Source of the DNA: Dehalococcoidia bacterium
GTDB taxonomy: Bacteria > Chloroflexota > Dehalococcoidia > Lucifugimonadales > CATOSD01
Reading direction: 5' to 3'
NCBI GenBank assembly: GCA_963667445.2
Contig: CAXXGY010000003.1
Span: forward strand, 7,183 to 71,182
Length of the DNA: 64,000 nucleotides
Shown here: in pieces, positions 17,220-26,401 of the stretch
Numbering within the stretch: position 1 is the stretch's first letter
Layout of the letters: each line of letters begins with the position of its first letter
Translations under genes and position numbers: made by a program
The notes under the pieces: model-generated
Seen by the model: the letters and a program-made list of their open reading frames with translations, nothing else
The model's database searches: none
Told to the model about the DNA's origin: nothing

Positions 17220-17594
17220 TTAACTTCCGTTGGCGCGGGCGTTCCGTCGAGCCTCCGCCCGCTGGATGTCGGCCTCGGAGACACCTGCGTCCCGTAGCGC
17301 CTGAATCATCGCTGCGTGCTCTTCCGCGCGGCCTTCGATGCGGCCTTCCTCGCGGCCCTTGTCTCTTGCCTCTCGTAGCTTTTGCAATGCCATGACCATG
17401 TTCCACACCACTCCTTCCGTTACCAGCGCGAATAGAAACAACGCGCCGCCTACGTCCGCCAGTCCGCTCAAGAAGGTTGCCGGGTCTTCCGTGTTCAGCA
17501 GCGCGTACACGATGCCGACAATGCCGACCACCGCGTAAGCCATGACGACCAGGGGCTGTTTCCAGTCTTCTTCGTCCCGCTGAAAGACAAACAT
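17220..17594 (-). CDS. Small membrane protein (2 predicted TM helices) with a charged EGR-repeat C-terminal tail
   Basis: 124 aa. Hydrophobic segments PLVVMAYAVVGIVGIVYALL and VGGALFLFALVTEGVVWNMVMAL, followed by KLREARDKGREEGRIEGRAEEHAAMIQALRDAGVSEADIQRAEARRNARANGS. Confidence 0.55.
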   Translation of the reverse strand: MFVFQRDEEDWKQPLVVMAYAVVGIVGIVYALLNTEDPATFLSGLADVGGALFLFALVTEGVVWNMVMALQKLREARDKGREEGRIEGRAEEHAAMIQALRDAGVSEADIQRAEARRNARANGS

Positions 17595-17741
17595 TCACAA
17601 CCCCCGGATGAATTCAGCGTACATGAGCCGTCGGGTCCAGGCAATAACTGACCGGTTGCGGCAATGCTACGACTGACAAGTTTAGGATGGGGTGAAGGCC
17701 CCTCGTTCAGACTCGTATCACCGACCCAGAACAGTTATCCC

Positions 17742-18947
17742 CTACGGCCCGTACTTGTTCAGCTTGCCCGCGTGGGCCAGGGCGAGCAGCATCACGTTCT
17801 CCGCTGCGAGCGAGCCGAGCGAGCCGCCGCGGAAGGCGCGCTCGGAGAACGCCGCGACTCCCTCGCCGCGCGTGTACCGCGAGCGTATGAGCAGCGGCAC
17901 TGGGTGCCAGCTATGGCTCGCCATGATCGCGGGAGTTGCGTGATCGCCCGCCACCACCAGCACGTCCGGCCCGGTGGCCAGCACGCGCGGAATCCGGGCG
18001 TCCAACTCCTCCAGCCAGTGCACCTTAGCGTCGAAGTCGCCGTCTTCGCCCGCGGCGTCGGCGGGCTTGTAGTGCAGAAAGATGAAGTCGTGGTCGGCGG
18101 AGACGCCCTCTAGCGTGTCGAGCTCGGCGTCGAAGTCGCCGCCCGTGGGGATTATCTTCATGCCCACGAGCTGCGCCAGGCCGCGGTACATGGGATAAGC
18201 GGCTATGGCCGCCGGTTCGAGCCGGTAGCGCGCCCCGAAGTCCGGCAGGTCGGGCACGCCGGAGAATCCGCGCATCACCACCATGTTGGCGCGCTCGCGT
18301 CCGGCGAGCACGGCGCGCGCCGACGCGGCGAAGCGGTTCACCGCGTCGGCCGTCTTGCGCGCGTCCTCCGCGAGCGGCTGCGACTCCAGCGGCGCCGCAC
18401 CTTCCACCTGCGGGTCGGTGCCGGTGATGGCGTCGCTGAGACCGTCCCCGCGCAGCAGCAGCACGAACCGGTAGTCCTGCACGGGATACACCGACACCTC
18501 GACGCTGGGCACTTCGATGCCGTCCAGCTTCTCCACCAGCGGCGCGCTCTCCGCAGTGGGGATGCGCCCCGCGCGGCGATCGACTATCAGCCCGCGTTCG
18601 TCTACGGTACAAAAATTGCCGCGCGCGGCGACATCGCTCGGAGCCATCTCGATGCCGGAGCCCAGCGCCTCCAGCACCCCACGGCCCATCAGGTACTTCA
18701 CAGGGTCGTAGCCGAACAACGCCATGTGGCCGGGTCCGCTGCCCGGCGTAATCCCCGGCAGCACCGGCGTCGTCAGGCCGCACGCGCTCTCCGCCGCCAG
18801 CGCGTCGAGATTGGGCAGCCGCGCCGTCTCAAGCTCCGACTTGCCCGTTTCGGGATGCGGCGCTCCGCCGAGGCCGTCCACGACCAGCATGATGATGCGG
18901 GACGGCGTCGGTCGGGCTATTTCGTCCAGGAAGGGAAGGTCTATCAA
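17742..18947 (-). CDS. apgM: Cofactor-independent phosphoglycerate mutase, archaeal type
   Basis: 401 aa. LVVDGLGG ... LPNLDALA ... PGSGPGHMALFGYDP ... VVAGDHATP pattern of ApgM-type enzymes. Confidence 0.85.
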   Translation of the reverse strand: MIDLPFLDEIARPTPSRIIMLVVDGLGGAPHPETGKSELETARLPNLDALAAESACGLTTPVLPGITPGSGPGHMALFGYDPVKYLMGRGVLEALGSGIEMAPSDVAARGNFCTVDERGLIVDRRAGRIPTAESAPLVEKLDGIEVPSVEVSVYPVQDYRFVLLLRGDGLSDAITGTDPQVEGAAPLESQPLAEDARKTADAVNRFAASARAVLAGRERANMVVMRGFSGVPDLPDFGARYRLEPAAIAAYPMYRGLAQLVGMKIIPTGGDFDAELDTLEGVSADHDFIFLHYKPADAAGEDGDFDAKVHWLEELDARIPRVLATGPDVLVVAGDHATPAIMASHSWHPVPLLIRSRYTRGEGVAAFSERAFRGGSLGSLAAENVMLLALAHAGKLNKYGP

Positions 18948-18960
18948 GGTAGCTCCAGTT

Positions 18961-19001
18961 GTCCTCCTCTCCCATCAAGGGAGAGGACTGAGGTGAGGGT
19001 G
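18961..19001 (+). repeat. REP-V element (CCTCTCCC/GGGAGAGG hairpin + GAGGTGAGGGTG tail)
   Basis: GTCCTCCTCTCCCATCAAGGGAGAGGACTGAGGTGAGGGTG, between pgk and apgM. Confidence 0.8.
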
Positions 19002-19002
19002 A

Positions 19003-20199
19003 TCAGGCCCGGTCCGGCAGGGCCGCCACGCCCGGCAGCTCCCTACCCTCCAGGAACTCCAGCGACGCGCCGCCGCCGGTGGACACGTGCGTCATGGCGT
19101 CGGCGTACCCCAGCGTCTGCACCGCCTCCGCTGTCGACCCACCACCCACGACCGTTGTGGCGTCGTCCATCTGCGCGAGCGTCTCTGCCAGGCGGACGGT
19201 GCCCTGCGCGAATGCGGGCCACTCGAACACGCCCATCGGCCCGTTCCACAGCACGGTGACGCAATCGGACACCGCGCCCGCGAACTCGGCGGCCGTTTGC
19301 GGGCCTATGTCCATGACGCGCCAGCCGTCCGGTATCGCGCCCACGCCCACAACGCGGGTTGCGGCGTCCTGGGCGAAGTCGTCGGCTATCACCACGTCGG
19401 TGGGCAGCCGCAGCTCGAGGCCGCTCCCGGCCGCCCGCGCGAGAAAGTCGCGGGCGAACGGTACCCACTCGTGCTCGACCAGCGAGTCGCCCACGCGCAG
19501 GCCATACGCCTTGAAGAATGTCGCGGCCATTCCGCCGCCGATGATGAGCTTGTCCACCTTGCCAGCCAGGCTTTCGAGCACCGCTATCTTGTCGGACACC
19601 TTCGCGCCGCCCATGATGGCCGCGAAGGGACGGCGCGGCTCGTCCAGCGCCTGCCCCAGCATGGCAAGCTCCTTCGCCATCAGGAAGCCCGCCGCCGCCG
19701 GCAGCAGCCGCGCCACGCCCTCGGTGGAGGCGTGCGCCCGGTGCGCGGCGCCGAACGCGTCGTTGATGAACACATCGGCCAGCATAGCGAGGCCCGCCGC
19801 GAACTCCACGTCGTTGGCCTCCTCGCCCGCGTGAAAGCGCAGGTTCTCCAGCATCACGACGTCGCCGGGTCGCGTGGCGTCCACAGCGTCCATCACCCCG
19901 GGGCCCACGCAGTCGTCCAACTGGCGCACGGGCGCGCCCAGCAGCTCGGCCAGCCGCGCCGACACCGGCGCCATGCGCAGCTCCTCCACCACGCGACCCC
20001 GCGGCCGGCCCAGGTGCGAGCACACTATCAGCCTGCATCCGCGCTCCAGCAGGTAGCGCAGCGTGGGCAGCGACGCCGCGATGCGGCTGTCGTCCGAGAT
20101 GTCCACGCTGCCCGGCCGGAATGGCACGTTGTAATCGACGCGCACCAGCACGGTGCGCCCGTCGACCGGGATGTCCTCTATCGTCTGCTTAGTGGCCAA
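19003..20199 (-). CDS. pgk: Phosphoglycerate kinase
   Basis: 398 aa. VLVRVDYNVP, NDAFGAAHRAHAS and STGGGASLEFLEG motifs. Confidence 0.93.
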   Translation of the reverse strand: MATKQTIEDIPVDGRTVLVRVDYNVPFRPGSVDISDDSRIAASLPTLRYLLERGCRLIVCSHLGRPRGRVVEELRMAPVSARLAELLGAPVRQLDDCVGPGVMDAVDATRPGDVVMLENLRFHAGEEANDVEFAAGLAMLADVFINDAFGAAHRAHASTEGVARLLPAAAGFLMAKELAMLGQALDEPRRPFAAIMGGAKVSDKIAVLESLAGKVDKLIIGGGMAATFFKAYGLRVGDSLVEHEWVPFARDFLARAAGSGLELRLPTDVVIADDFAQDAATRVVGVGAIPDGWRVMDIGPQTAAEFAGAVSDCVTVLWNGPMGVFEWPAFAQGTVRLAETLAQMDDATTVVGGGSTAEAVQTLGYADAMTHVSTGGGASLEFLEGRELPGVAALPDRA

Positions 20200-20232
20200 G
20201 TCTATCTCCTGTGGTGGTGCCCCTTCTCATAA

Positions 20233-20296
20233 AGCCTGCCCTGAGCCTGCCGAAGGGTCCCTTCCCCCTAGCAGGGGGAAGGTTAGGATGGGGGTG
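20233..20296 (+). repeat. REP-A composite (GCCTGCCCTGAGCCTGCCGAAGG module + hairpin + tail)
   Basis: AGCCTGCCCTGAGCCTGCCGAAGGGTCCCTTCCCCCTAGCAGGGGGAAGGTTAGGATGGGGGTG. Confidence 0.9.
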
Positions 20297-20306
20297 GACA
20301 CCCCTC

Positions 20307-21326
20307 TCAGCCGCTTCCCGTCAGCTCGTCGGACAGCGCCTGTATCGCCGCCCTGCCCTCCTCCGACACGCCGGGCGCGTCTGAGAGCGCCCGCGCGGAA
20401 TCCTCCCGATACCGCGCTATCAACCCCTCGCAGGCGTCCCGTACCGCCATCTCGTCCACGAGCTCGCGCAGGCGTCCCACGTCGTCCGGTTCCAGCACGC
20501 GCCGGAAGTAGAACTCTCCCATGCGCCGTTTCTGGTTCGGGTTGGCGTTGGCGAAGGCGTACACAACCGGCAGCAGCTTCATCTTGTTGGCCACTTCCGG
20601 GTACGGCTCCGACCCTCCGGGCGACACGTCCCAGAACAGCCGGACGTCCTCGCGTAGCTGCCAGGCGACGCCCAGGCTTTCGCCGCACGACGCCAGCGCG
20701 TCCGACACCGCAGCGTCCGCGGACGCCGCGAGCGCGCCCAGCCGCGCGGCGCAGGCGGTGAGCGAACCCGACTTGAGCCGCGCCATCTCCAGGTACTCGT
20801 CCAGCCCCAAGTCTATGCGCTCCTGGGCCTGGAGGTCCAGAAACCGCCCCTCGCAGGTGCGAAGGCTCGCCTCGTCCAGCGCCTGCACGGCGCGGAAGGT
20901 AGCCTCAGCCGAAAGCCCCGCGTCCTGCAAGCCGAACAGCGTCAGCCTGGCGAGCGCGTGCATCCCGTCCCCCGCGTTGATCGCCTGCGCCGGCCCCCAC
21001 TTCCACCACACTGTCTCTCGCACGCCTCTCATCGGCGCGCCGGCCTGCACGTCCGCGTGTATCTCGCAGAAGTTCACCACCAGTTCCACAGCCGCCGCCG
21101 CGGGCAGCGCGCGCCTCGTGTCGCCGCCCGCCGCGCGGCACGCCAGCAGGCACAGCGCCCCCAGCGCGCGAGTTCTCGGACGGGCCGGTACTGGCTCACC
21201 CGGCTCGCCGGTCCATCCCAGGTGGTAGGCCATCATGTCGTACAGCGGCAAGTCGCGGCCCGTGACCGCGTCTTTGAGCGCGTCCTCGACTTGGGCGGAA
21301 AGGTCTTCGATGTTCGTCAACTGCAT
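20307..21326 (-). CDS. Polyprenyl synthetase-like protein with degenerate Asp-rich motifs
   Basis: About 339 aa from ATG 21324-21326. The overall pattern aligns to trans-prenyltransferases (AINAGDGMHALA, KSGSL, GVAWQLREDV). The first motif reads CEIHADVQAG instead of IHDDxxxxD, and the second reads REDV instead of xDDxxD. Confidence 0.6.
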   Translation of the reverse strand: MQLTNIEDLSAQVEDALKDAVTGRDLPLYDMMAYHLGWTGEPGEPVPARPRTRALGALCLLACRAAGGDTRRALPAAAAVELVVNFCEIHADVQAGAPMRGVRETVWWKWGPAQAINAGDGMHALARLTLFGLQDAGLSAEATFRAVQALDEASLRTCEGRFLDLQAQERIDLGLDEYLEMARLKSGSLTACAARLGALAASADAAVSDALASCGESLGVAWQLREDVRLFWDVSPGGSEPYPEVANKMKLLPVVYAFANANPNQKRRMGEFYFRRVLEPDDVGRLRELVDEMAVRDACEGLIARYREDSARALSDAPGVSEEGRAAIQALSDELTGSG

Positions 21327-21345
21327 CCTCGAAAAGCGCCGTGCC

Positions 21346-22005
21346 CTACCCCGCTTTGGCGGCAATCGCGGGGCACACTTCGGATAGCTCGGCTTGCGAG
21401 ACGGCTCCCATGCGGAGGATTCGCGGCTCCGCGCTCGTCAGGTCTACGAGCGTGGATGCGACGCCGCCGTCGCAGCGGCCGTCCAGCACCATGCAGCACT
21501 CGCCCTCGAACTCCCGCCGCACCTCGTCGGCGTCGGTAAGCCCTGGCCGTCCGCTGCGGTTGGCGCTGGTGCCCGTCACCGGACAGCCGAGCAGCCGCGC
21601 CAGCGCGCGCGGGGTGTCGTGGGCCGGCACTCGCAGCGCCACCGTGTCCATCCCGCCCGTCGCCACGTGCGGGATGTCCGGCGCCTTGCGGAGCACCAGC
21701 GTCAGCGCGCCCGGCCAGAAACGCTCGGCCAGCCTGCGCGCCTCGTCCGGCACGTCACGCGCCCAGCGGTCCAGGTCGGCGGCGTCCGCGATGAGCAATG
21801 GCAGCGCCATGCCCGCGGGCCTGCGCTTCAGCCGGAACACGCGCTCGACGGCGCGCTCGTCCAGCGCGTTCGCCGCCAGCCCGTAGATGGTGTCGGTCGG
21901 GATCGCCGCCACGCCGCCGCCGCGCAGGTGCTCTGCGGCCGCCCGTATGTTAGCCGGAAGAGGGTTGGCGGCGGGGTCGATGGTTGGGTGTAGATTAGGC
22001 GTCAA
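21346..22005 (-). CDS. tsaC: L-threonylcarbamoyladenylate synthase (YrdC/Sua5 domain)
   Basis: 219 aa. IPTDTIYGLAANALDERAVERVFRLKRRPAGMALPLLIAD. Confidence 0.85.
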   Translation of the reverse strand: MTPNLHPTIDPAANPLPANIRAAAEHLRGGGVAAIPTDTIYGLAANALDERAVERVFRLKRRPAGMALPLLIADAADLDRWARDVPDEARRLAERFWPGALTLVLRKAPDIPHVATGGMDTVALRVPAHDTPRALARLLGCPVTGTSANRSGRPGLTDADEVRREFEGECCMVLDGRCDGGVASTLVDLTSAEPRILRMGAVSQAELSEVCPAIAAKAG

Positions 22006-22051
22006 GGTTGATAGATTGTAGCATAAATGGTACCTTGATTTGGCCTCAGAA

Positions 22052-22091
22052 GTCCCTTCCCCCTTGATGGGGGAAGGTTAGGATGGGGGTG
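22052..22091 (+). repeat. REP-A element
   Basis: GTCCCTTCCCCCTTGATGGGGGAAGGTTAGGATGGGGGTG, 4 nt before the guaA TTG start. Confidence 0.9.
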
Positions 22092-22095
22092 ATAT

Positions 22096-23655
<1,560 letters not shown>

Positions 23656-23689
23656 TGCCCGCCGCACCGCCAGAGAATCGGGTGCTCCC

Positions 23690-24061
23690 ATGACTCAGGC
23701 AGACTACCTGTACGACGAGTTCGAAATCGACCCCTCGGTGCGCGAGGCGCTGAACGCCCAACTGCTCGCGTGGCCTGACGTTTCGGACGTGCCGCTGTTG
23801 GGCGGCGCAGGCTATGCTGTCTCTGGAAAACCCTTCGCCGCGCTGCTGGAGGGCGTCGTGGCCATGTCCCTGCCCCGCGAACTGACCGGACGGGCGCTCA
23901 GCCTCGCCGGCGTCTCCCCGCTTGCCGCGTCCACCGACGACCCCCAATTCGCCGGCTGGACGCGGTTCGTGTTGCTGCTGCCGGAGGACGTGGACGCCGT
24001 TCTGCCCTGGCTGAAGGCCGCTTACGACCACGTCTCGGCCCAGCCGGAGGGCGACGCATGA
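23690..24061 (+). CDS. Hypothetical protein (123 aa)
   Basis: ORF with protein-like composition. Its stop overlaps the next gene start (ATGA at 24058-24061). Confidence 0.5.
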   Translation: MTQADYLYDEFEIDPSVREALNAQLLAWPDVSDVPLLGGAGYAVSGKPFAALLEGVVAMSLPRELTGRALSLAGVSPLAASTDDPQFAGWTRFVLLLPEDVDAVLPWLKAAYDHVSAQPEGDA

Positions 24062-24477
24062 GCGAACGCACTTACCAGCACGCCGGAACGTCGCGCGAAG
24101 AGTTCGTCGCCGCCATGGCGCGAATCGCGGAGAGCGTGTACGACTTCCACTCCCGGTTCGGCCTCCCGATGGTCGGCGCCGGACTCTCCCCCGAACAGGG
24201 CCTGGAGACGCTCAGGGCGCGCCTGCCATACTTGGTGGAGGAGATCGGCGAGCACTCCAAGGCGCTGAACAACGACGACCTGGACGACGCGCTGCCGGAG
24301 CTCGCAGACGTGGCCTTCGTCGCCGCGGGCAGCGTGCTTACCATGGGCGCGCCGGCCCTCGCCGCCTGCCACGACGTGGCGGCCAAGAACGACGCCAAGA
24401 CGCACGACACGCACTACCTGGAGGAGACGTCCGGCAAGGTGCTGCGCAGGCCCCGGCCCGACGCGGAGTCGCCATGA
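24058..24477 (+). CDS. MazG-like all-alpha nucleoside triphosphate pyrophosphohydrolase
   Basis: 139 aa. LVEEIGEHSKA ... ELADVAFV, the EExxE / ExxD pattern of MazG-type NTP-PPases. ATGA overlaps occur at both ends (24058 and 24474). Confidence 0.6.
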   Translation: MSERTYQHAGTSREEFVAAMARIAESVYDFHSRFGLPMVGAGLSPEQGLETLRARLPYLVEEIGEHSKALNNDDLDDALPELADVAFVAAGSVLTMGAPALAACHDVAAKNDAKTHDTHYLEETSGKVLRRPRPDAESP

Positions 24478-25745
24478 AAACGCTGCTGGTTGGAAACGGC
24501 GCGCGCGAGCACGCCATCGCCTGGAAGCTGGCCCAAAGCCCGCTCGTGAGCGAACTGCTCGTCGCCCCCGGCAACGCCGGAACCGCCGCCCTCGGCAGGA
24601 ACGTACCGGTCGGCGCAGAAGACGTGGACGGCCTGCTCGCCCTCGCCCGGGAAGAGTGCGTCGAGTTCACCGTCGTAGGCCCGGAGGCGCCGCTCGCCGC
24701 CGGAATCGTGGACCGCTTCCAGGAGGCGGGCGCGCTCATGTTCGGGCCGACCGCCGCCGCTGCCCGAATCGAGAGCAGCAAGTCATTCGCCAAGGACCTC
24801 ATGCTGCGAAACGCCATCCCCACCGCGCGCGCCGAGGCGTTCACCGACTACGGCGAGGCGCTCGAGTACCTCGCCGCTGCCCCCGCGCCAATCGTCGTCA
24901 AGGCCGACGGGCTTGCCGCCGGCAAGGGCGTCGTCGTGGCGAACACGCGGGACGAGGCGCGCGACGCGCTGCGCAGGCAGATGGTGGAGCGGGAGTTCGG
25001 CGACGCCGGACGGCGCGTGCTGATCGAGGAGTACCTCGAAGGGGGCGAGATTAGCGTCTTCGCGTTCGTGGACGGCGATCACGTCTCCGACCTGGCGTCG
25101 GCGTGCGACTACAAGCGCGCCCTCGAAGGCGACGAAGGGCCCAACACCGGCGGCATGGGCGCGTACAGCCCTCCCGCCGCGTGGAACGACGAGTTGGCGC
25201 GCGAGGTGCGCGAGCGCATCATGCTTCCCGCCGCCAAAGCGCTGGCGACGCTCGGCTCGCCCTTCCGGGGCATACTGTACGGCGGCCTGATGCTCACCTC
25301 CGACGGCCCCAAGGTCGTGGAGTTCAATTGCAGGCTTGGCGATCCGGAGGCACAGGTGGTGCTTCCGAGATTGAAAACCGACCTTGCCGCAATTATGATT
25401 GATACGGTCACCGGAAAGCTCGAGGGCCTTTCGCTGGAGTGGGACGAGCGGCCCTGCGTGGGCGTGGTGCTCGCCTCGGGCGGCTACCCCGGAGCCTACC
25501 TGACCGGGCGCGAGATTCGCGGGCTGGACGACCTGGGCGAAGATGCCCTGGTGTTCCACGCCGGTACCCGGCTCGGCGACGGCGACACCGTCGCCACCGA
25601 CGGGGGCCGCGTGCTCACCGTGTGCGCGCTCGGCGATGACCTGGCCGAAGCGCGGGGGCGGGCTTACCGCTCGGCACAAGTGATAAACTTCGATGGCGCG
25701 CAGTTCCGCGGCGACATAGCGGCCGAGGGGCCGCTGCTTAGATAG
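24474..25745 (+). CDS. purD: Phosphoribosylamine-glycine ligase
   Basis: MKTLLVGNGAREHAIAWKL and the ATP-grasp core. Confidence 0.93.
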   Translation: MKTLLVGNGAREHAIAWKLAQSPLVSELLVAPGNAGTAALGRNVPVGAEDVDGLLALAREECVEFTVVGPEAPLAAGIVDRFQEAGALMFGPTAAAARIESSKSFAKDLMLRNAIPTARAEAFTDYGEALEYLAAAPAPIVVKADGLAAGKGVVVANTRDEARDALRRQMVEREFGDAGRRVLIEEYLEGGEISVFAFVDGDHVSDLASACDYKRALEGDEGPNTGGMGAYSPPAAWNDELAREVRERIMLPAAKALATLGSPFRGILYGGLMLTSDGPKVVEFNCRLGDPEAQVVLPRLKTDLAAIMIDTVTGKLEGLSLEWDERPCVGVVLASGGYPGAYLTGREIRGLDDLGEDALVFHAGTRLGDGDTVATDGGRVLTVCALGDDLAEARGRAYRSAQVINFDGAQFRGDIAAEGPLLR

Positions 25746-25812
25746 CTAACCAAAACGTAAAGCCCCCGAGAACGGCGGGGGCCACGTCGATAGACAGAAA
25801 GGGGTACAGCCA

Positions 25813-26268
25813 ATGCCACTGGTGGGAGTGTTGATGGGCAGCGCGTCGGATGAGCCGATCATGCGCGAAACTACTGCCGTACTCGAGCAGTTGGGCGTGA
25901 GCCACGAGGTCGAGGTCATGTCCGCGCACCGCACGCCGGATAAGGTGCGCAGCTATGGGCTGTCGGCGCGTGAGCGCGGCGTGGAGGTCATCATCGCGGG
26001 CGCGGGCGGCTCCGCGGGGCTACCCGGCGTGCTCGCGTCCTGGACCACCGTGCCCATCATAGGCGTGCCTATCGCGTCCAGCGAGCTGAAGGGTGTGGAC
26101 GCGCTCTACGCCATCGCCCAGATGCCGCCCGGCGTTCCCGTGGCGGCGGTCGCGGTCGGAAGCTGGGGCGCGCGCAACGCCGCGTTTCTCGCCGCGCAGA
26201 TCGTCGGCATCAAGCACGAGGACATTCGCAAGGCCTACGACGACTACCGCGAGGGCCTCAGGAGATAG
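25813..26268 (+). CDS. purE: N5-carboxyaminoimidazole ribonucleotide mutase
   Basis: 151 aa. VGVLMGSASD ... VMSAHRTPD ... IIAGAGGSAGLPGV. Confidence 0.88.
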   Translation: MPLVGVLMGSASDEPIMRETTAVLEQLGVSHEVEVMSAHRTPDKVRSYGLSARERGVEVIIAGAGGSAGLPGVLASWTTVPIIGVPIASSELKGVDALYAIAQMPPGVPVAAVAVGSWGARNAAFLAAQIVGIKHEDIRKAYDDYREGLRR

Positions 26269-26277
26269 TCTTCCTCT

Positions 26278-26317
26278 GTTCCTTCCCCCTTGATGGGGGA
26301 AGGCTGGGATGGGGGTG
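26278..26317 (+). repeat. REP-A element (variant tail CTGGGATGGGGGTG)
   Basis: GTTCCTTCCCCCTTGATGGGGGAAGGCTGGGATGGGGGTG. Confidence 0.85.
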
Positions 26318-26336
26318 ACAGGGGACGACCACATAA

Positions 26337-26399
26337 GTCCCTTCCCCCTCGCAGGGGAAGAGCCTGCCCTGAGCTTGCCGAATGGGTTAGGATGGGGGT
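26337..26399 (+). repeat. REP-A composite (hairpin + GCCTGCCCTGAGCTTGCCGAA module + tail)
   Basis: GTCCCTTCCCCCTCGCAGGGGAAGAGCCTGCCCTGAGCTTGCCGAATGGGTTAGGATGGGGGT. It ends 2 nt before the purB ATG. Confidence 0.9.
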
Positions 26400-26401
26400 A
26401 G

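Noticed and set aside
25813-26268. PurE reads AGGSAGLPG where many class I enzymes have AGGAAHLPG.
   Set aside because: The catalytic SAHRTP histidine is present. I cannot judge from memory whether the second His is essential, so it is not reported as an anomaly.
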